Below are positions 46,947-55,803 of a stretch of 64,000 nt of DNA, one piece after another (the first letter of the stretch is position 1; each line of letters opens with the position of its first letter). The stretch covers positions 1 to 64,000 of IMG/VR virus record IMGVR_UViG_3300012020_000004, one strand, 5' to 3'. This DNA is from a virus (taxonomy: Duplodnaviria; Caudoviricetes). The notes below the pieces were generated by a model. It was not told the DNA's origin, did no database searches, and worked only from the letters and a program-made list of their open reading frames with translations. The translations under genes and the position numbers were made by a program.

Positions 46947-47491
46947 TTAATAGTCTCCCAAAGTCGGTCAACCTTGTGATGCAGTTCCTCGACGGACCCA
47001 CTATTGCTGAGGTGCATGTCTCCGAACCGAAACTCGATGCCGGCCTCGCTCACGTGAGTGGCGCTGTCGCCGTCCAACCCAACGCCTGGTCGCACGATGT
47101 GGATGATGGTTCCACCAAGGTGCCTGATGGCCTCCGCTTCAACGTCGAACCTGACGTCAGGGACAACAACATGGTCCGTGTCTTGAACAACGGAGTAGCT
47201 CAGGAACCAGCGCTTGAGCCAGATGTCGTCCCCGAACACAGGCTTGGTGGCTTCAGTACCCAGGAGCTGAAGCATGCGTCGGGGGGTCATGCCCCAGTAA
47301 TCAACGACTGTTTCTTTAAGTTCCCGGTCAATAAAGTTGACCGGCCCCAGGCCGAAAATACTTGTGGCAGCAGACCTCAGGGCATCAGCGAAAGCGATCT
47401 TGATCGCCCCCTCTTTCTCCCAAAGGTAATCTGCAACAGTGTCTTTTCCAGCCCCTGCCTTGCCGGCGAGACCAATAAGTTTTTTTGACAT
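46943..47491 (-). CDS. Deoxynucleoside monophosphate kinase
   Basis: GLAGKAGAGKDT, FADAL, RRMLQLLGTE, PDVRF..E, H.SE. Confidence 0.92.
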   Translation of the reverse strand: MSKKLIGLAGKAGAGKDTVADYLWEKEGAIKIAFADALRSAATSIFGLGPVNFIDRELKETVVDYWGMTPRRMLQLLGTEATKPVFGDDIWLKRWFLSYSVVQDTDHVVVPDVRFDVEAEAIRHLGGTIIHIVRPGVGLDGDSATHVSEAGIEFRFGDMHLSNSGSVEELHHKVDRLWETIK

Positions 47492-47511
47492 ACTTATTCT
47501 CTTTAGAAGCG

Positions 47512-48330
47512 CTAGTTGAACAATGACCGCCAGATCCGGCTGCGTTGATTTTGGTCTGGCTCCAAAACTCGACTTTCGAGTTTACCGAATATCTGCTCGA
47601 ACCGAGAGGTTGTTAGCTTCTTCGGGACCATCTTTTTGTACAGCTCCCCCACGGGGTCGATGGATGTGTAGATGATCTCCCCGAGGAGGTCTATGCCTGC
47701 CTCGTCGTTTGGAAACTTCACCCACCTGGCCATTGTTGACCACGGCGAAGACCTGTAGGCCCTCAACATCTCCAGGGCGCGCACTGCTTCGGGCTTCTCC
47801 AGTACCTGGGCACGTTTGTACAGCGCAACGAACCCTCGTTCTCGGCAGGAAGTCTCCACGGGGGTCATGGCCGCAGCAAGGTCTATCTCCAGGTCTGTGT
47901 TGACGTTGTACCCATAGACCTTGGTGCCATCTATGCCATACGTGTACTCGCCCATCACCACCATCCGATTAGCCTCGGCGTCGAACTCCAGTTCGCTGCC
48001 GTCCTGCGCTCCGGCCAGAAACATGAGCCGTGTTAAATCCCTGCCAATGAAAAGCCTGGTGGACGCCCCCAACTCAGATACTGGGTCAGCCTCAAATTCA
48101 CCCCTGAGACTCAACACCAGGTTGTCAAACGCCCGAGCTAGGGCACAGCTACTCTGTACCCCCGGGGGGAGCGCAAGTGCGGGGAGCTTCACCCCGCCGT
48201 ACTCTTCGTTAGTGAGAAGACTTGGTGGGGTGAACCTGATAGCCTTGGGAAGGCCCTTGGGGTAGGTCCACCCATCGAGGTCAATACGCAGGGTCTTTAG
48301 AACCCTATTCACCTCAGGGGGCAATCTCAT
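47512..48330 (-). CDS. Hypothetical protein (272 aa)
   Basis: Long ORF overlapping the upstream gene; no family recognised. Confidence 0.7.
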   Translation of the reverse strand: MRLPPEVNRVLKTLRIDLDGWTYPKGLPKAIRFTPPSLLTNEEYGGVKLPALALPPGVQSSCALARAFDNLVLSLRGEFEADPVSELGASTRLFIGRDLTRLMFLAGAQDGSELEFDAEANRMVVMGEYTYGIDGTKVYGYNVNTDLEIDLAAAMTPVETSCRERGFVALYKRAQVLEKPEAVRALEMLRAYRSSPWSTMARWVKFPNDEAGIDLLGEIIYTSIDPVGELYKKMVPKKLTTSRFEQIFGKLESRVLEPDQNQRSRIWRSLFN

Positions 48331-48680
48331 TTGAGCGCCTCCCGTACTGCAGAGTCTTCGGCCTCCGTATTCCTGTTGTTGGCGTGCTCTGTGTTAAACC
48401 TCAGGTCAGGGTATCGGGCCTCGAGCTTCTTGATGTTGGCCTCAAGTACTTCTTCCCAGGTGATCCCCATCACTACCATGATAAGGTTCATATACCAGGC
48501 GCAATCCCCCATCTCCTTGATCAGGACACTTCTGTCAAACTCCTTATCGTGGAAGAGGACCTTCTTCATGTAGTCGACTACTTCACCGGTCTCACCAGCG
48601 AGGCCCAGGAGCCCATTCATGAGCGTGTCTTTGGTGCCCGCGGTACGCATAGCGAGGGCAGAATAGGTATTGATGTCCAT
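48327..48680 (-). CDS. MazG-like nucleotide pyrophosphohydrolase
   Basis: GLAGETGEVVD..KK...EMGD..WY...NIKKL..RYP. Confidence 0.9.
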   Translation of the reverse strand: MDINTYSALAMRTAGTKDTLMNGLLGLAGETGEVVDYMKKVLFHDKEFDRSVLIKEMGDCAWYMNLIMVVMGITWEEVLEANIKKLEARYPDLRFNTEHANNRNTEAEDSAVREALK

Positions 48681-48708
48681 GTTGCTCTTCTTTTAGTGTG
48701 GGCAAGGA

Positions 48709-48736
48709 AAAGCCCCTGGTTTCTACCAGGGGCTTT
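48709..48736 (-). terminator. Rho-independent terminator
   Basis: aaagcccctggt-ttct-accaggggcttt. Confidence 0.8.
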
Positions 48737-48760
48737 CTTCATGCAGGGAGAGGGCCTGGA

Positions 48761-49036
48761 TCAGGCATTCTCGGCAAGCCAAAGTTCGATGGCCTTACGG
48801 GCGGGGCCGCGGCCGGCGTTCTGCTTCGTCTTCTTCTCCTGCTCACCCTTCTCGTTCAGCTTCGGGGTGCCGTCTTCGTTGAAGACCAGCTCCGGCGCCG
48901 GGATCGGGAAGTGGGTGTCGATGAACGCTTCGATCTTGGCCTTATGCTGGATGCCAGCTTCGTGGCGGGCAGCGTCCTGCTCCGACTCGAACACTTCACC
49001 ATCGGAGGTCTTGAAAACTTGCATTGCCTGAACCAT
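48761..49036 (-). CDS. Hypothetical protein (91 aa)
   Basis: AAGGA RBS, strong codon bias, followed by a terminator; FKTSDGEVF motif. Confidence 0.75.
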   Translation of the reverse strand: MVQAMQVFKTSDGEVFESEQDAARHEAGIQHKAKIEAFIDTHFPIPAPELVFNEDGTPKLNEKGEQEKKTKQNAGRGPARKAIELWLAENA

Positions 49037-49098
49037 GGTATTTCCTTGCGCGGGGTATTTATGGAGTTCCTGTGCTGCCCGCTATTTCAGCATCAGGA

Positions 49099-49782
49099 TT
49101 ACTTGAAACCGAGGTTACCGAGGCTCGCCCTGAGGTCAGGGTCGAGGTTGTCCAACTTGAGAAGCCAGGTTACGTAGCTCGGGGGAAGATCCTTGAGCGG
49201 CGTCCCCTTGTGCTTGCCGAACGTCATCTTGGTCATCTGGATCGGCGTGTTTGCCGCCTCGAACAGATCCCAGAGGGTGTAACCGAAGTCCTCCGTCATC
49301 TTTCCGAGAAAAGACATGAGAATGATCATGTCCCCGTCCGCAGAGTGGAAGCGATCTTTGTCGACGTCCAACTCTAGGGCATATACTAGCGTAGCCAACT
49401 TATGGTTGTCAACATCCGGGTATAGCTTACGCGCAAGTCGCAGCGTGCACATCTGCGGCGTGGCGTCCGGGAGGTAGGGCCCGAGGTAGCGAAAATCGAA
49501 GGGGGAGTTGTGGGCTGTGAAGATGGCATCGACGCTGCCCAGCTTGTTGCCCAGGACATCGTAGAAATACTCGTCGGCGGTTGGGGCGCTCTCAACGTCT
49601 TTCATCGTGATCCCGTGAACGGCGCTGGCGCCTGCTGGGATAGGGCGCTCTGGGTTGATCAGGCTGTGGCCCTCGTCAAGGATCTTGAAGTCCTCGTTCA
49701 TCAGGAGCCATGCCACTTCAACCATTCGGTCAGAAGGGCTGACCCCGGTCGTCTCACAATCCGCCAAAAAGTACTGTGCCAT
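49099..49782 (-). CDS. DEDDh 3'-5' exonuclease (ExoX/epsilon-like)
   Basis: DCETTG, HNSPFD, HSADGD; C-terminal MTFGKHKG..Y..W domain. Confidence 0.92.
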   Translation of the reverse strand: MAQYFLADCETTGVSPSDRMVEVAWLLMNEDFKILDEGHSLINPERPIPAGASAVHGITMKDVESAPTADEYFYDVLGNKLGSVDAIFTAHNSPFDFRYLGPYLPDATPQMCTLRLARKLYPDVDNHKLATLVYALELDVDKDRFHSADGDMIILMSFLGKMTEDFGYTLWDLFEAANTPIQMTKMTFGKHKGTPLKDLPPSYVTWLLKLDNLDPDLRASLGNLGFK

Positions 49783-49809
49783 TTTGTAGTTCTTCTTGTT
49801 GTGTCAACT

Positions 49810-49885
49810 TGGCCTGCCCGGTAGGGATCGAACCTACGACCATCAGCTTAGAAGGCTGATGCTCTTCCAACTGAGCTACGGACAG
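49810..49885 (-). tRNA. tRNA-Arg (anticodon UCU)
   Basis: Full cloverleaf; anticodon arm TCAGC-CTTCTAA-GCTGA; T-arm GTAGG-TTCGATC-CCTAC; encoded CCA. Confidence 0.92.
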
Positions 49886-49890
49886 AAAAT

Positions 49891-49966
49891 TGGTGCTGGC
49901 AGCAGGACTCGAACCCGCGACCTTCGACTTACAAAGACGCTGCTCTACCATCTGAGCTATGCCAGC
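49891..49966 (-). tRNA. tRNA-Thr (anticodon UGU) with a weak anticodon stem
   Basis: GCTGGCA acceptor stem, TAGCTCAG D-arm, TTTGTAA loop, GGTTCGAGTCC T-arm, encoded CCA. Confidence 0.85.
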
Positions 49967-50148
49967 AGCGCCCGTCTTTCCGGGCCGTCACCACAACCCG
50001 CCGCGGCGAGCTTGTCATCCCATGTCCTTGGCAGGTGGTTCGCCAGTGGTATCCCGCATGGTAGGGGCTGCTTCAACCCGACGCAGGCTTTGCAGATCTT
50101 CCAGAGGGCTTTCGCCTTGTGCGTCTCTGAGTACTTGTATGTGGACAC
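49957..50148 (-). CDS. Possible small hypothetical protein
   Basis: 63-aa ORF between the ncRNA candidate and tRNA-Thr; its end overlaps the tRNA 5' end. Confidence 0.3.
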   Translation of the reverse strand: MSTYKYSETHKAKALWKICKACVGLKQPLPCGIPLANHLPRTWDDKLAAAGCGDGPERRALLA

Positions 50149-50180
50149 CTAACGATTTGTTCCGTCACGCGCTTAACTGT

Positions 50181-50356
50181 GACTCGCTGGTACCCACACG
50201 ACTGACGGCTGACCCAACTTGCTGAAGGTTGGTGGTATTTCAGGTCCCTAACGTGTTTCGGGATTGCAGCCCCTACTTCCATCACTGGGTACGTTGCCTT
50301 CCCGTCTTACCGGGGGCGTATCAGCTTCAGCCGTCATGCGTGTGGGCCCTCGAGGC
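50181..50356 (-). ncRNA. Candidate structured ncRNA (6S-like rod with central bubble)
   Basis: Inverted repeat CCCACACG-CA-UGACGGCUGA ... UCAGCCGUCA-GU-CGUGUGGG closes 50193-50346; internal hairpins; no credible ORF. Confidence 0.6.
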
Positions 50357-50399
50357 TATTTGGTACACGCCGCCTCGAGGCTCTGGGCGTGGGGGAGGC

Positions 50400-50921
50400 C
50401 TAATAGTGCAGTTGTCGTGGGGGGTCTGGGTGAAACTTAGACGCCTCGCCAAACATGGCAACATGCGCTACCTTGAAAGCCCCGTGGGCTTCGTCAGGAG
50501 TGTCGAACGTTCCGATGTACGTTCTTCTCCTGTTTACGTGTATGGCCGCAACGTAACGGCCAAAAGGCGTCTTCGTGACCCCCGGGAGGATTGGGTTACG
50601 CCTCCCATCTCCACCTGCGAGATTCTCCGTGCGGTTAACCAGACGTAGGTTCTCGATACGGCTGTTGCTTCTGTCCCCGTCTTTGTGGTCGATGTCCAAG
50701 TCCTTCGGGGGCAGCTCCCCGTGGTGGTAGAGCCAAACCAGGTGGTGAATCAGATACCTCCTACCGAAGATAGAGATTGACCTGTAACCCTCACCACCTT
50801 TACTCCCAGCCGACTGGCCTGCTTTAGCCCTGTGACTTGTAGGGGCCACCCAGATGAGGTGTCCTGACTCCTGGTCATATCTCATGTGGCTCCGCAGAGC
50901 CTCTTGGGTTAAAGCAGGCAC
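50400..50921 (-). CDS. HNH endonuclease with AP2-like C-terminal domain
   Basis: HHLVW...IDHKDGDRSNSRIENLRL; GVT...GRYVAAI...YIGTFDTPDEAH. Confidence 0.9.
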   Translation of the reverse strand: MPALTQEALRSHMRYDQESGHLIWVAPTSHRAKAGQSAGSKGGEGYRSISIFGRRYLIHHLVWLYHHGELPPKDLDIDHKDGDRSNSRIENLRLVNRTENLAGGDGRRNPILPGVTKTPFGRYVAAIHVNRRRTYIGTFDTPDEAHGAFKVAHVAMFGEASKFHPDPPRQLHY

Positions 50922-50930
50922 AGATCAACC

Positions 50931-51704
50931 TCACTTGGCCACGTGGAAGCTAAAGTTACTGTACTTGTTGCTGCCCTTAGAGCGGGCAACCGCCTCGACC
51001 TCCACTACATCCGAGACGCTCTTCACGACACCCTTGGCCAGCAGCACGCCCTGGGTCTGGCAGAACGCGGCGAACTGGCCGGCAGAGGTCTGGGACAGCT
51101 GCACGACCACCATCTTGCGCTCCTCCTCCGGGATGTCGCCCTTCTTCTCCGTCCAGGTCAGCATCCCGAACAGGTCGATGTACATCGACTTGTTGGCCTT
51201 GTCGTAGGCGTGGGTTTCCTTCAGGTCCTGGAGGTACTCCTCCACCGTGACATCCTTACCGTAGACGGTCTGGTTGTCATAGGTGTTGGCCAGGTACTGC
51301 TTGGACTCCTCATAGCCCGGGTCCTTCGACTGCAGGCCGGGGCTGAGAATCCAGCGGTAGTTCCACGAGATGATCTCGACACGGCAACGGGTGCCGAGGC
51401 TATCGTTGCCGATGTAGCAGGCGCCCTGCTCAGCCTTGACACGCTCGACGGCCATGGACAGGCCGACGACGGTCTCGATGTCGAAAGCGTCTTGCTTGTC
51501 GGCGTAGATCGGGGGGAACTTCGCCGGGGCGCGGGCGGCGCCAACAGCAGTCGTCTGGGCGACGACGGGGACGGAGGCCTGAGCGACCTCGGGGGCGGGA
51601 ACACCAACAGCGTGGGCTTCGGCGGTCATGGTGTCAACTTCCTCATCAGTTTCGAACGGGGGCAGGGTCTGGGTCTGGGTCTGGATTGCGTCTTTGAGTG
51701 CCAT
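50931..51704 (-). CDS. Highly expressed replication-region protein, candidate ssDNA-binding or annealing protein
   Basis: GAGG RBS, strong GC3 bias, own promoter, beta-rich core; function inferred from position. Confidence 0.5.
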   Translation of the reverse strand: MALKDAIQTQTQTLPPFETDEEVDTMTAEAHAVGVPAPEVAQASVPVVAQTTAVGAARAPAKFPPIYADKQDAFDIETVVGLSMAVERVKAEQGACYIGNDSLGTRCRVEIISWNYRWILSPGLQSKDPGYEESKQYLANTYDNQTVYGKDVTVEEYLQDLKETHAYDKANKSMYIDLFGMLTWTEKKGDIPEEERKMVVVQLSQTSAGQFAAFCQTQGVLLAKGVVKSVSDVVEVEAVARSKGSNKYSNFSFHVAK

Positions 51705-51864
51705 TTTGGTTTCCTCAGCGGATTAAAATCCCGGTTGCCCGGGTGAAGCTCGCAACTTCTGCGAGGGAAGCTCGCATGAGTCTGCGAGGGAAGCGAAGGG
51801 CTGCGTATGACTTATTTGTCTCTGCAGCCCCTCTACTTTTTGTGGGCCTCGGCCCTATGGCTGC

Positions 51865-51893
51865 ACTGTAGTACTGGCCATATCGTCTGTCAA
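51865..51893 (-). promoter_or_regulatory. Near-consensus sigma70 promoter
   Basis: Minus strand TTGACA-17 bp-TACAGT. Confidence 0.75.
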
Positions 51894-51907
51894 CTTTTTC
51901 TTGTTCC

Positions 51908-54844
51908 TTACATCTCGAAAGGCTCGCACCCGTCCTCGGCCAAGGTGTCGCAGTTGAACCTGAACAGGGGTTCGAAGGGGTTGCGGTAGATAGGCGAGTC
52001 CTCACAGGTTCTTGTGATGAGGCCGTTGTACCGCTCCATCGCTGCAATGAAGGCCTTATCAGTGTCGAAGAGCACCTCCTGCTTGAGGCTCAACTGATAC
52101 CGGACATACTTGGCGTACGCGGGCCGCAGCTTGAGGTCCAGCACCATGCCGTCCGTCACGTAGTCGACGCCCTTCACAATCTGGTACTGAGCGTCCGTGT
52201 TGCGTGTAAGGTGGCCCATGACGTCAAGGACCTTGGCTGCCTCCGAGATGACCTTCTGGGTGCTGGTCAGCGCTGACTCGATCACCGCCTCTTTCATGGC
52301 CTCAATGTTGTCGGCGTACCTGTCACCGAACACCTCGGAGAGGGTGATGCCCATGAAGTCAAGTCCGGTCAGAACGACGCTGTAGTTGTGCCAGGGGCGG
52401 TTCTGGTCCTCATAGACGCGACGGCTCACGCGGGACTTGAACAGGTCTCGGTACTTGGCCACCGAGTCGCGCACGAGGTCGGGCTTGATCGCCAGGGCCG
52501 CGTCGATCATGGAGCGCCCGAGCCATGAGATGGGCCCACCCTGTCGCCTCGCGTAGCAGTACTCGAACTCGTCGCTGCGCCCGTCCCTGTCCTCTTTGCT
52601 GAGCGGCGTGGAGACGCAGCGCTCCAGGATGGCGGACTGTGACTCGAGGGCCTCGCCAATGAACATGATCGGGGCGACGTTGTCGTAGCCGTTGACAACG
52701 GTCCCGCCACCGGCCACGTCCCGGTTCACCGAACCGCGCTCCAGGCGCTCCCCGTTGTAGTTGGTCCGCAGCAGGTTCTGCACCTGGTCCAGTTGAAACT
52801 TGGCCATCTGTCGCGGCTTGAGCTCTTCGAAGATGACAGGCAGGCTCGCGCTCTGCGTCACCGCCGCCACCATCGGAAAGAACGTGTTGCCCGCTGCCGA
52901 GATCTTCTTCGGCATTTTCAGGTGGTAGTGCATGTGGGAGAACAGCTCGACCGTCTGCGTCTTGCCGGCGCCAGCCTGGCCCCACACCTGCAGCAGCGGG
53001 AACGCTTTCCAGTGGAAGCGGACCAGCTGGGTCAAGAACGCCGCCGAGAACCAGCCAGCGATCTTGCCGATGTTCACGGGGGTGTTGATGCGCCACAACT
53101 TGTCGAAGAACTCCCGTGTCTCAGGGGTGTCCTCAAGTCGGGGGGCTGACAGGATGTCGGTTCGGAACGCCCCCATCTCATCGTGCATGCCCCTAAACCT
53201 GTAGCGGCGCTCTTTTGGAGACAGGCACTGCTCAGCGCAGGCGAAGATGATGTCGATATCGTCTACCGTCTTTGCTCCTGGGTAGATGACGAGGTCTACC
53301 CCTTCCCTCGAAGTAACAATCATTTTCTTTGCCTTTGTATCAGTGCGGCGCCGGAAGGCCTCAAGCAGGTGACTGACAAGTAGGTCAGTGGCGTTCTGCC
53401 ACGTTGCGAAACCGTTGACCCAATCGTTAAAAGAAGCCTTGGTCCTGAGGTTGCTCAAGGTTACGTAGGCTGGTCCGATCTCTTTGCCATGCAGGAAAGC
53501 AGTGAACTCGAAGCCCACGTGCTTGCCCTCCTTTGTGACAAGGCTGCATGGCTTGGAGATCCCGATGGGGCATATCCGCTTTGTGCCCTCCTCAGTAATG
53601 GCGAAGATCCCGTTGGGCCCGAACTCCACGAGCGCCCCGGACTCCCCGTCCTGCTTGGACTGCTGGTAGACGTCGGCGTCGTGGGTCTCGTCCTCAGCGC
53701 CAGTACCGCCCTCATCAGCCTGCGCTGTAGGCTCGTCCTCGACGTCAGGGGCCACGGCGCCGGCCCAGTCGAGGTCGGCGGTGTAGGTCCCCTTGGCGAA
53801 CAGGCTCTTGACCCCGCCCAGGCTGAACTCATAACATGGATTTTCCCACTGATATCGGTACTGATTACGTAGTTCAGCCTCCCTCAGGCGTACTGACCCG
53901 TATCTGCTAGAGTCCCCTTGGTGGCTATCAATAAGCCCCCTAGCCTCCTCAACCATCTGGTCTTCAGTCTTACCCAGGGCAATGGCAAATGATGCCAGTT
54001 GCAGCGCGATCTGGTTCCACCCCACACCAGGACGCACGCCCTCGCCGGTCAGCAGCAGCTTGACGCTGTCCGGGAACTGGCCGGCGAACCGCGCCATCTG
54101 CTCGTGGTTGACCTTCTTCGACTTGCGGCGCTTGGCGCCGACCTCGACCCGCTCCTTGGCCAAGGCGTAGAGCAGCGAGAGCTTGGCGTTGGTGGAGGGC
54201 GGCGTGACGGGCAGCGGCGCCCGCGGCGCAGCGCAGATGGTCTTATATGACTCAGGGGTCGCGGAGAAAAACTCATCAACCGTGACCTGGACCTTGTACA
54301 GCCCATTACTACGCTTAACGTTAGGTGTGGACCAGAGTCTCCCGCGCTTCGCAGAAAAAACCCGGAGGTCTAGCGTGTCCACATACGTGGACATCGCTAT
54401 CTCCTTAAAAATAGCGGGCAGGTTTGCTATACCTGCCGCGGGAATCTTGTGCGTGAAGCACAAGAGTGGGATTTCTATGTGACACCCGCGACTCCCTGTG
54501 AACCACAATCGAGCTTGGCTCAAATCAAAGTCGTGCTCGGACTGAAGCTTGGACAGATAGACACGAGCCTGTGTCAGAACTTCCTGGAGGTCTTCAGAGT
54601 CAAAGTCTGTATAGAACCCGTAAGGGGCGGAGTATTTTACAGCCGCTAACTCTTCAGCTGACAGAGTATCTGTAAAGCTATTGTCTACGTCTAGCACCGA
54701 TACAAGGGCTGGGCGTACTTTTTCTACAATGTTTGTACGTTCTGAGGCCAGGGCGAGCTGCCACTGCCCCTTGGCTCGTTCTTGCTGATAAAAGAAGTAC
54801 ACGTTCGCCCTCTTATTCTTTTGGCGCGGTGGGTGCGAGGTCAA
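51908..54844 (-). CDS. AEP-type primase fused to a P-loop helicase (DUF927-like)
   Basis: FYTDFD (DxD) and FTGSRGCH primase motifs; WGQAGAGKT Walker A; IFEE Walker B. Confidence 0.85.
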   Translation of the reverse strand: MTSHPPRQKNKRANVYFFYQQERAKGQWQLALASERTNIVEKVRPALVSVLDVDNSFTDTLSAEELAAVKYSAPYGFYTDFDSEDLQEVLTQARVYLSKLQSEHDFDLSQARLWFTGSRGCHIEIPLLCFTHKIPAAGIANLPAIFKEIAMSTYVDTLDLRVFSAKRGRLWSTPNVKRSNGLYKVQVTVDEFFSATPESYKTICAAPRAPLPVTPPSTNAKLSLLYALAKERVEVGAKRRKSKKVNHEQMARFAGQFPDSVKLLLTGEGVRPGVGWNQIALQLASFAIALGKTEDQMVEEARGLIDSHQGDSSRYGSVRLREAELRNQYRYQWENPCYEFSLGGVKSLFAKGTYTADLDWAGAVAPDVEDEPTAQADEGGTGAEDETHDADVYQQSKQDGESGALVEFGPNGIFAITEEGTKRICPIGISKPCSLVTKEGKHVGFEFTAFLHGKEIGPAYVTLSNLRTKASFNDWVNGFATWQNATDLLVSHLLEAFRRRTDTKAKKMIVTSREGVDLVIYPGAKTVDDIDIIFACAEQCLSPKERRYRFRGMHDEMGAFRTDILSAPRLEDTPETREFFDKLWRINTPVNIGKIAGWFSAAFLTQLVRFHWKAFPLLQVWGQAGAGKTQTVELFSHMHYHLKMPKKISAAGNTFFPMVAAVTQSASLPVIFEELKPRQMAKFQLDQVQNLLRTNYNGERLERGSVNRDVAGGGTVVNGYDNVAPIMFIGEALESQSAILERCVSTPLSKEDRDGRSDEFEYCYARRQGGPISWLGRSMIDAALAIKPDLVRDSVAKYRDLFKSRVSRRVYEDQNRPWHNYSVVLTGLDFMGITLSEVFGDRYADNIEAMKEAVIESALTSTQKVISEAAKVLDVMGHLTRNTDAQYQIVKGVDYVTDGMVLDLKLRPAYAKYVRYQLSLKQEVLFDTDKAFIAAMERYNGLITRTCEDSPIYRNPFEPLFRFNCDTLAEDGCEPFEM

Positions 54845-55689
54845 ATCTTGCCACGGGCAATCCAGTCAGTCAGAGTCCGTCTATGTACTCCTAGCTTCCT
54901 GGCTAGTTGGGATACTGTTAGCTTCTCCCCTCCGTACTCTACGTAATGGCACGACCTTCGGTTGTTGTTCTGCTGTTCCGCCGTGCCCCACCTGCAATTA
55001 TCAGGCGTATAGCCGAGGTTGTTGTCGATCCTGTCTATTGAGTACCCCGAACCAGGGCTGGGCCCCATGTCCGAATAGAACACCTCGAAAGACTCCTTCC
55101 ACCTCTCACAAACAGTGATGCCACGGCCACCATAATCCTGGAAAGACTTGTGCTTTGGGTTTAGGCAACGCCTTAACATAGCCCTATAGGCCCTATACTC
55201 CCTGGAATTATACATCCCGTGTGTAACGTATTTAGGTTTTAATAGGTTCTCTCTATTGAGGCAGCCGCATGACTTCGTGGCGCCCTGCCGTACTGCGTAG
55301 AGCCTGCCAACCCACACACTTCCGCAATCACAAGAGGCGGTAACCGTGGGGAGCAGTACATCTCTGCCTCTCTGTTTAGAGTGAACCCTAACCCACTCGT
55401 CTCTTGGCTGAATGGCCAGGATTGTGAGCCTGCCATACTTTTTTCCTACTTCGTCGCTGTGCTCCGCATATTTGTGCGAGCAGCCACAGCTAGTTGTGTT
55501 GCCTGTCTTTAGCGCGTTCAGCTTTCCTCTCCAAACCCCACCACACTCACATCTCGCCTCGACTACCGGCCGCAAATACTTGGCGTTAGGCATAAAGGAC
55601 CTCCACTCTGACGAGTGGAGAACCCCGGAGACAGTCAACTTTCCATAGCTTTTTCCGACCTCTGGGAGGTATCGCTCACTCTTGTCCAC
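54841..55689 (-). CDS. HNH-type homing endonuclease with Cys-rich repeats
   Basis: GKSYGKLTV..CECGG..SCGC twice; IDRIDNNLGYTPDNCRW. Confidence 0.82.
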   Translation of the reverse strand: MDKSERYLPEVGKSYGKLTVSGVLHSSEWRSFMPNAKYLRPVVEARCECGGVWRGKLNALKTGNTTSCGCSHKYAEHSDEVGKKYGRLTILAIQPRDEWVRVHSKQRGRDVLLPTVTASCDCGSVWVGRLYAVRQGATKSCGCLNRENLLKPKYVTHGMYNSREYRAYRAMLRRCLNPKHKSFQDYGGRGITVCERWKESFEVFYSDMGPSPGSGYSIDRIDNNLGYTPDNCRWGTAEQQNNNRRSCHYVEYGGEKLTVSQLARKLGVHRRTLTDWIARGKI

Positions 55690-55803
55690 GCCGCCCTCCA
55701 GGATATTTTTGACTTTTCAGTCTACCTGACTAGGCGAGCTTCTGTCTACATCTTGGTTTAGCCTACAGGCCGAAGCTGTAGCTTAGTACATCCTGGGCTT
55801 TTG

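Noticed and set aside
50193-50346. Hammerhead ribozyme or group I/II intron remnant
   Set aside because: CUGAUAC does not fit the CUGAnGA hammerhead core, and no group I P7 or group II domain V sequence is recognisable.
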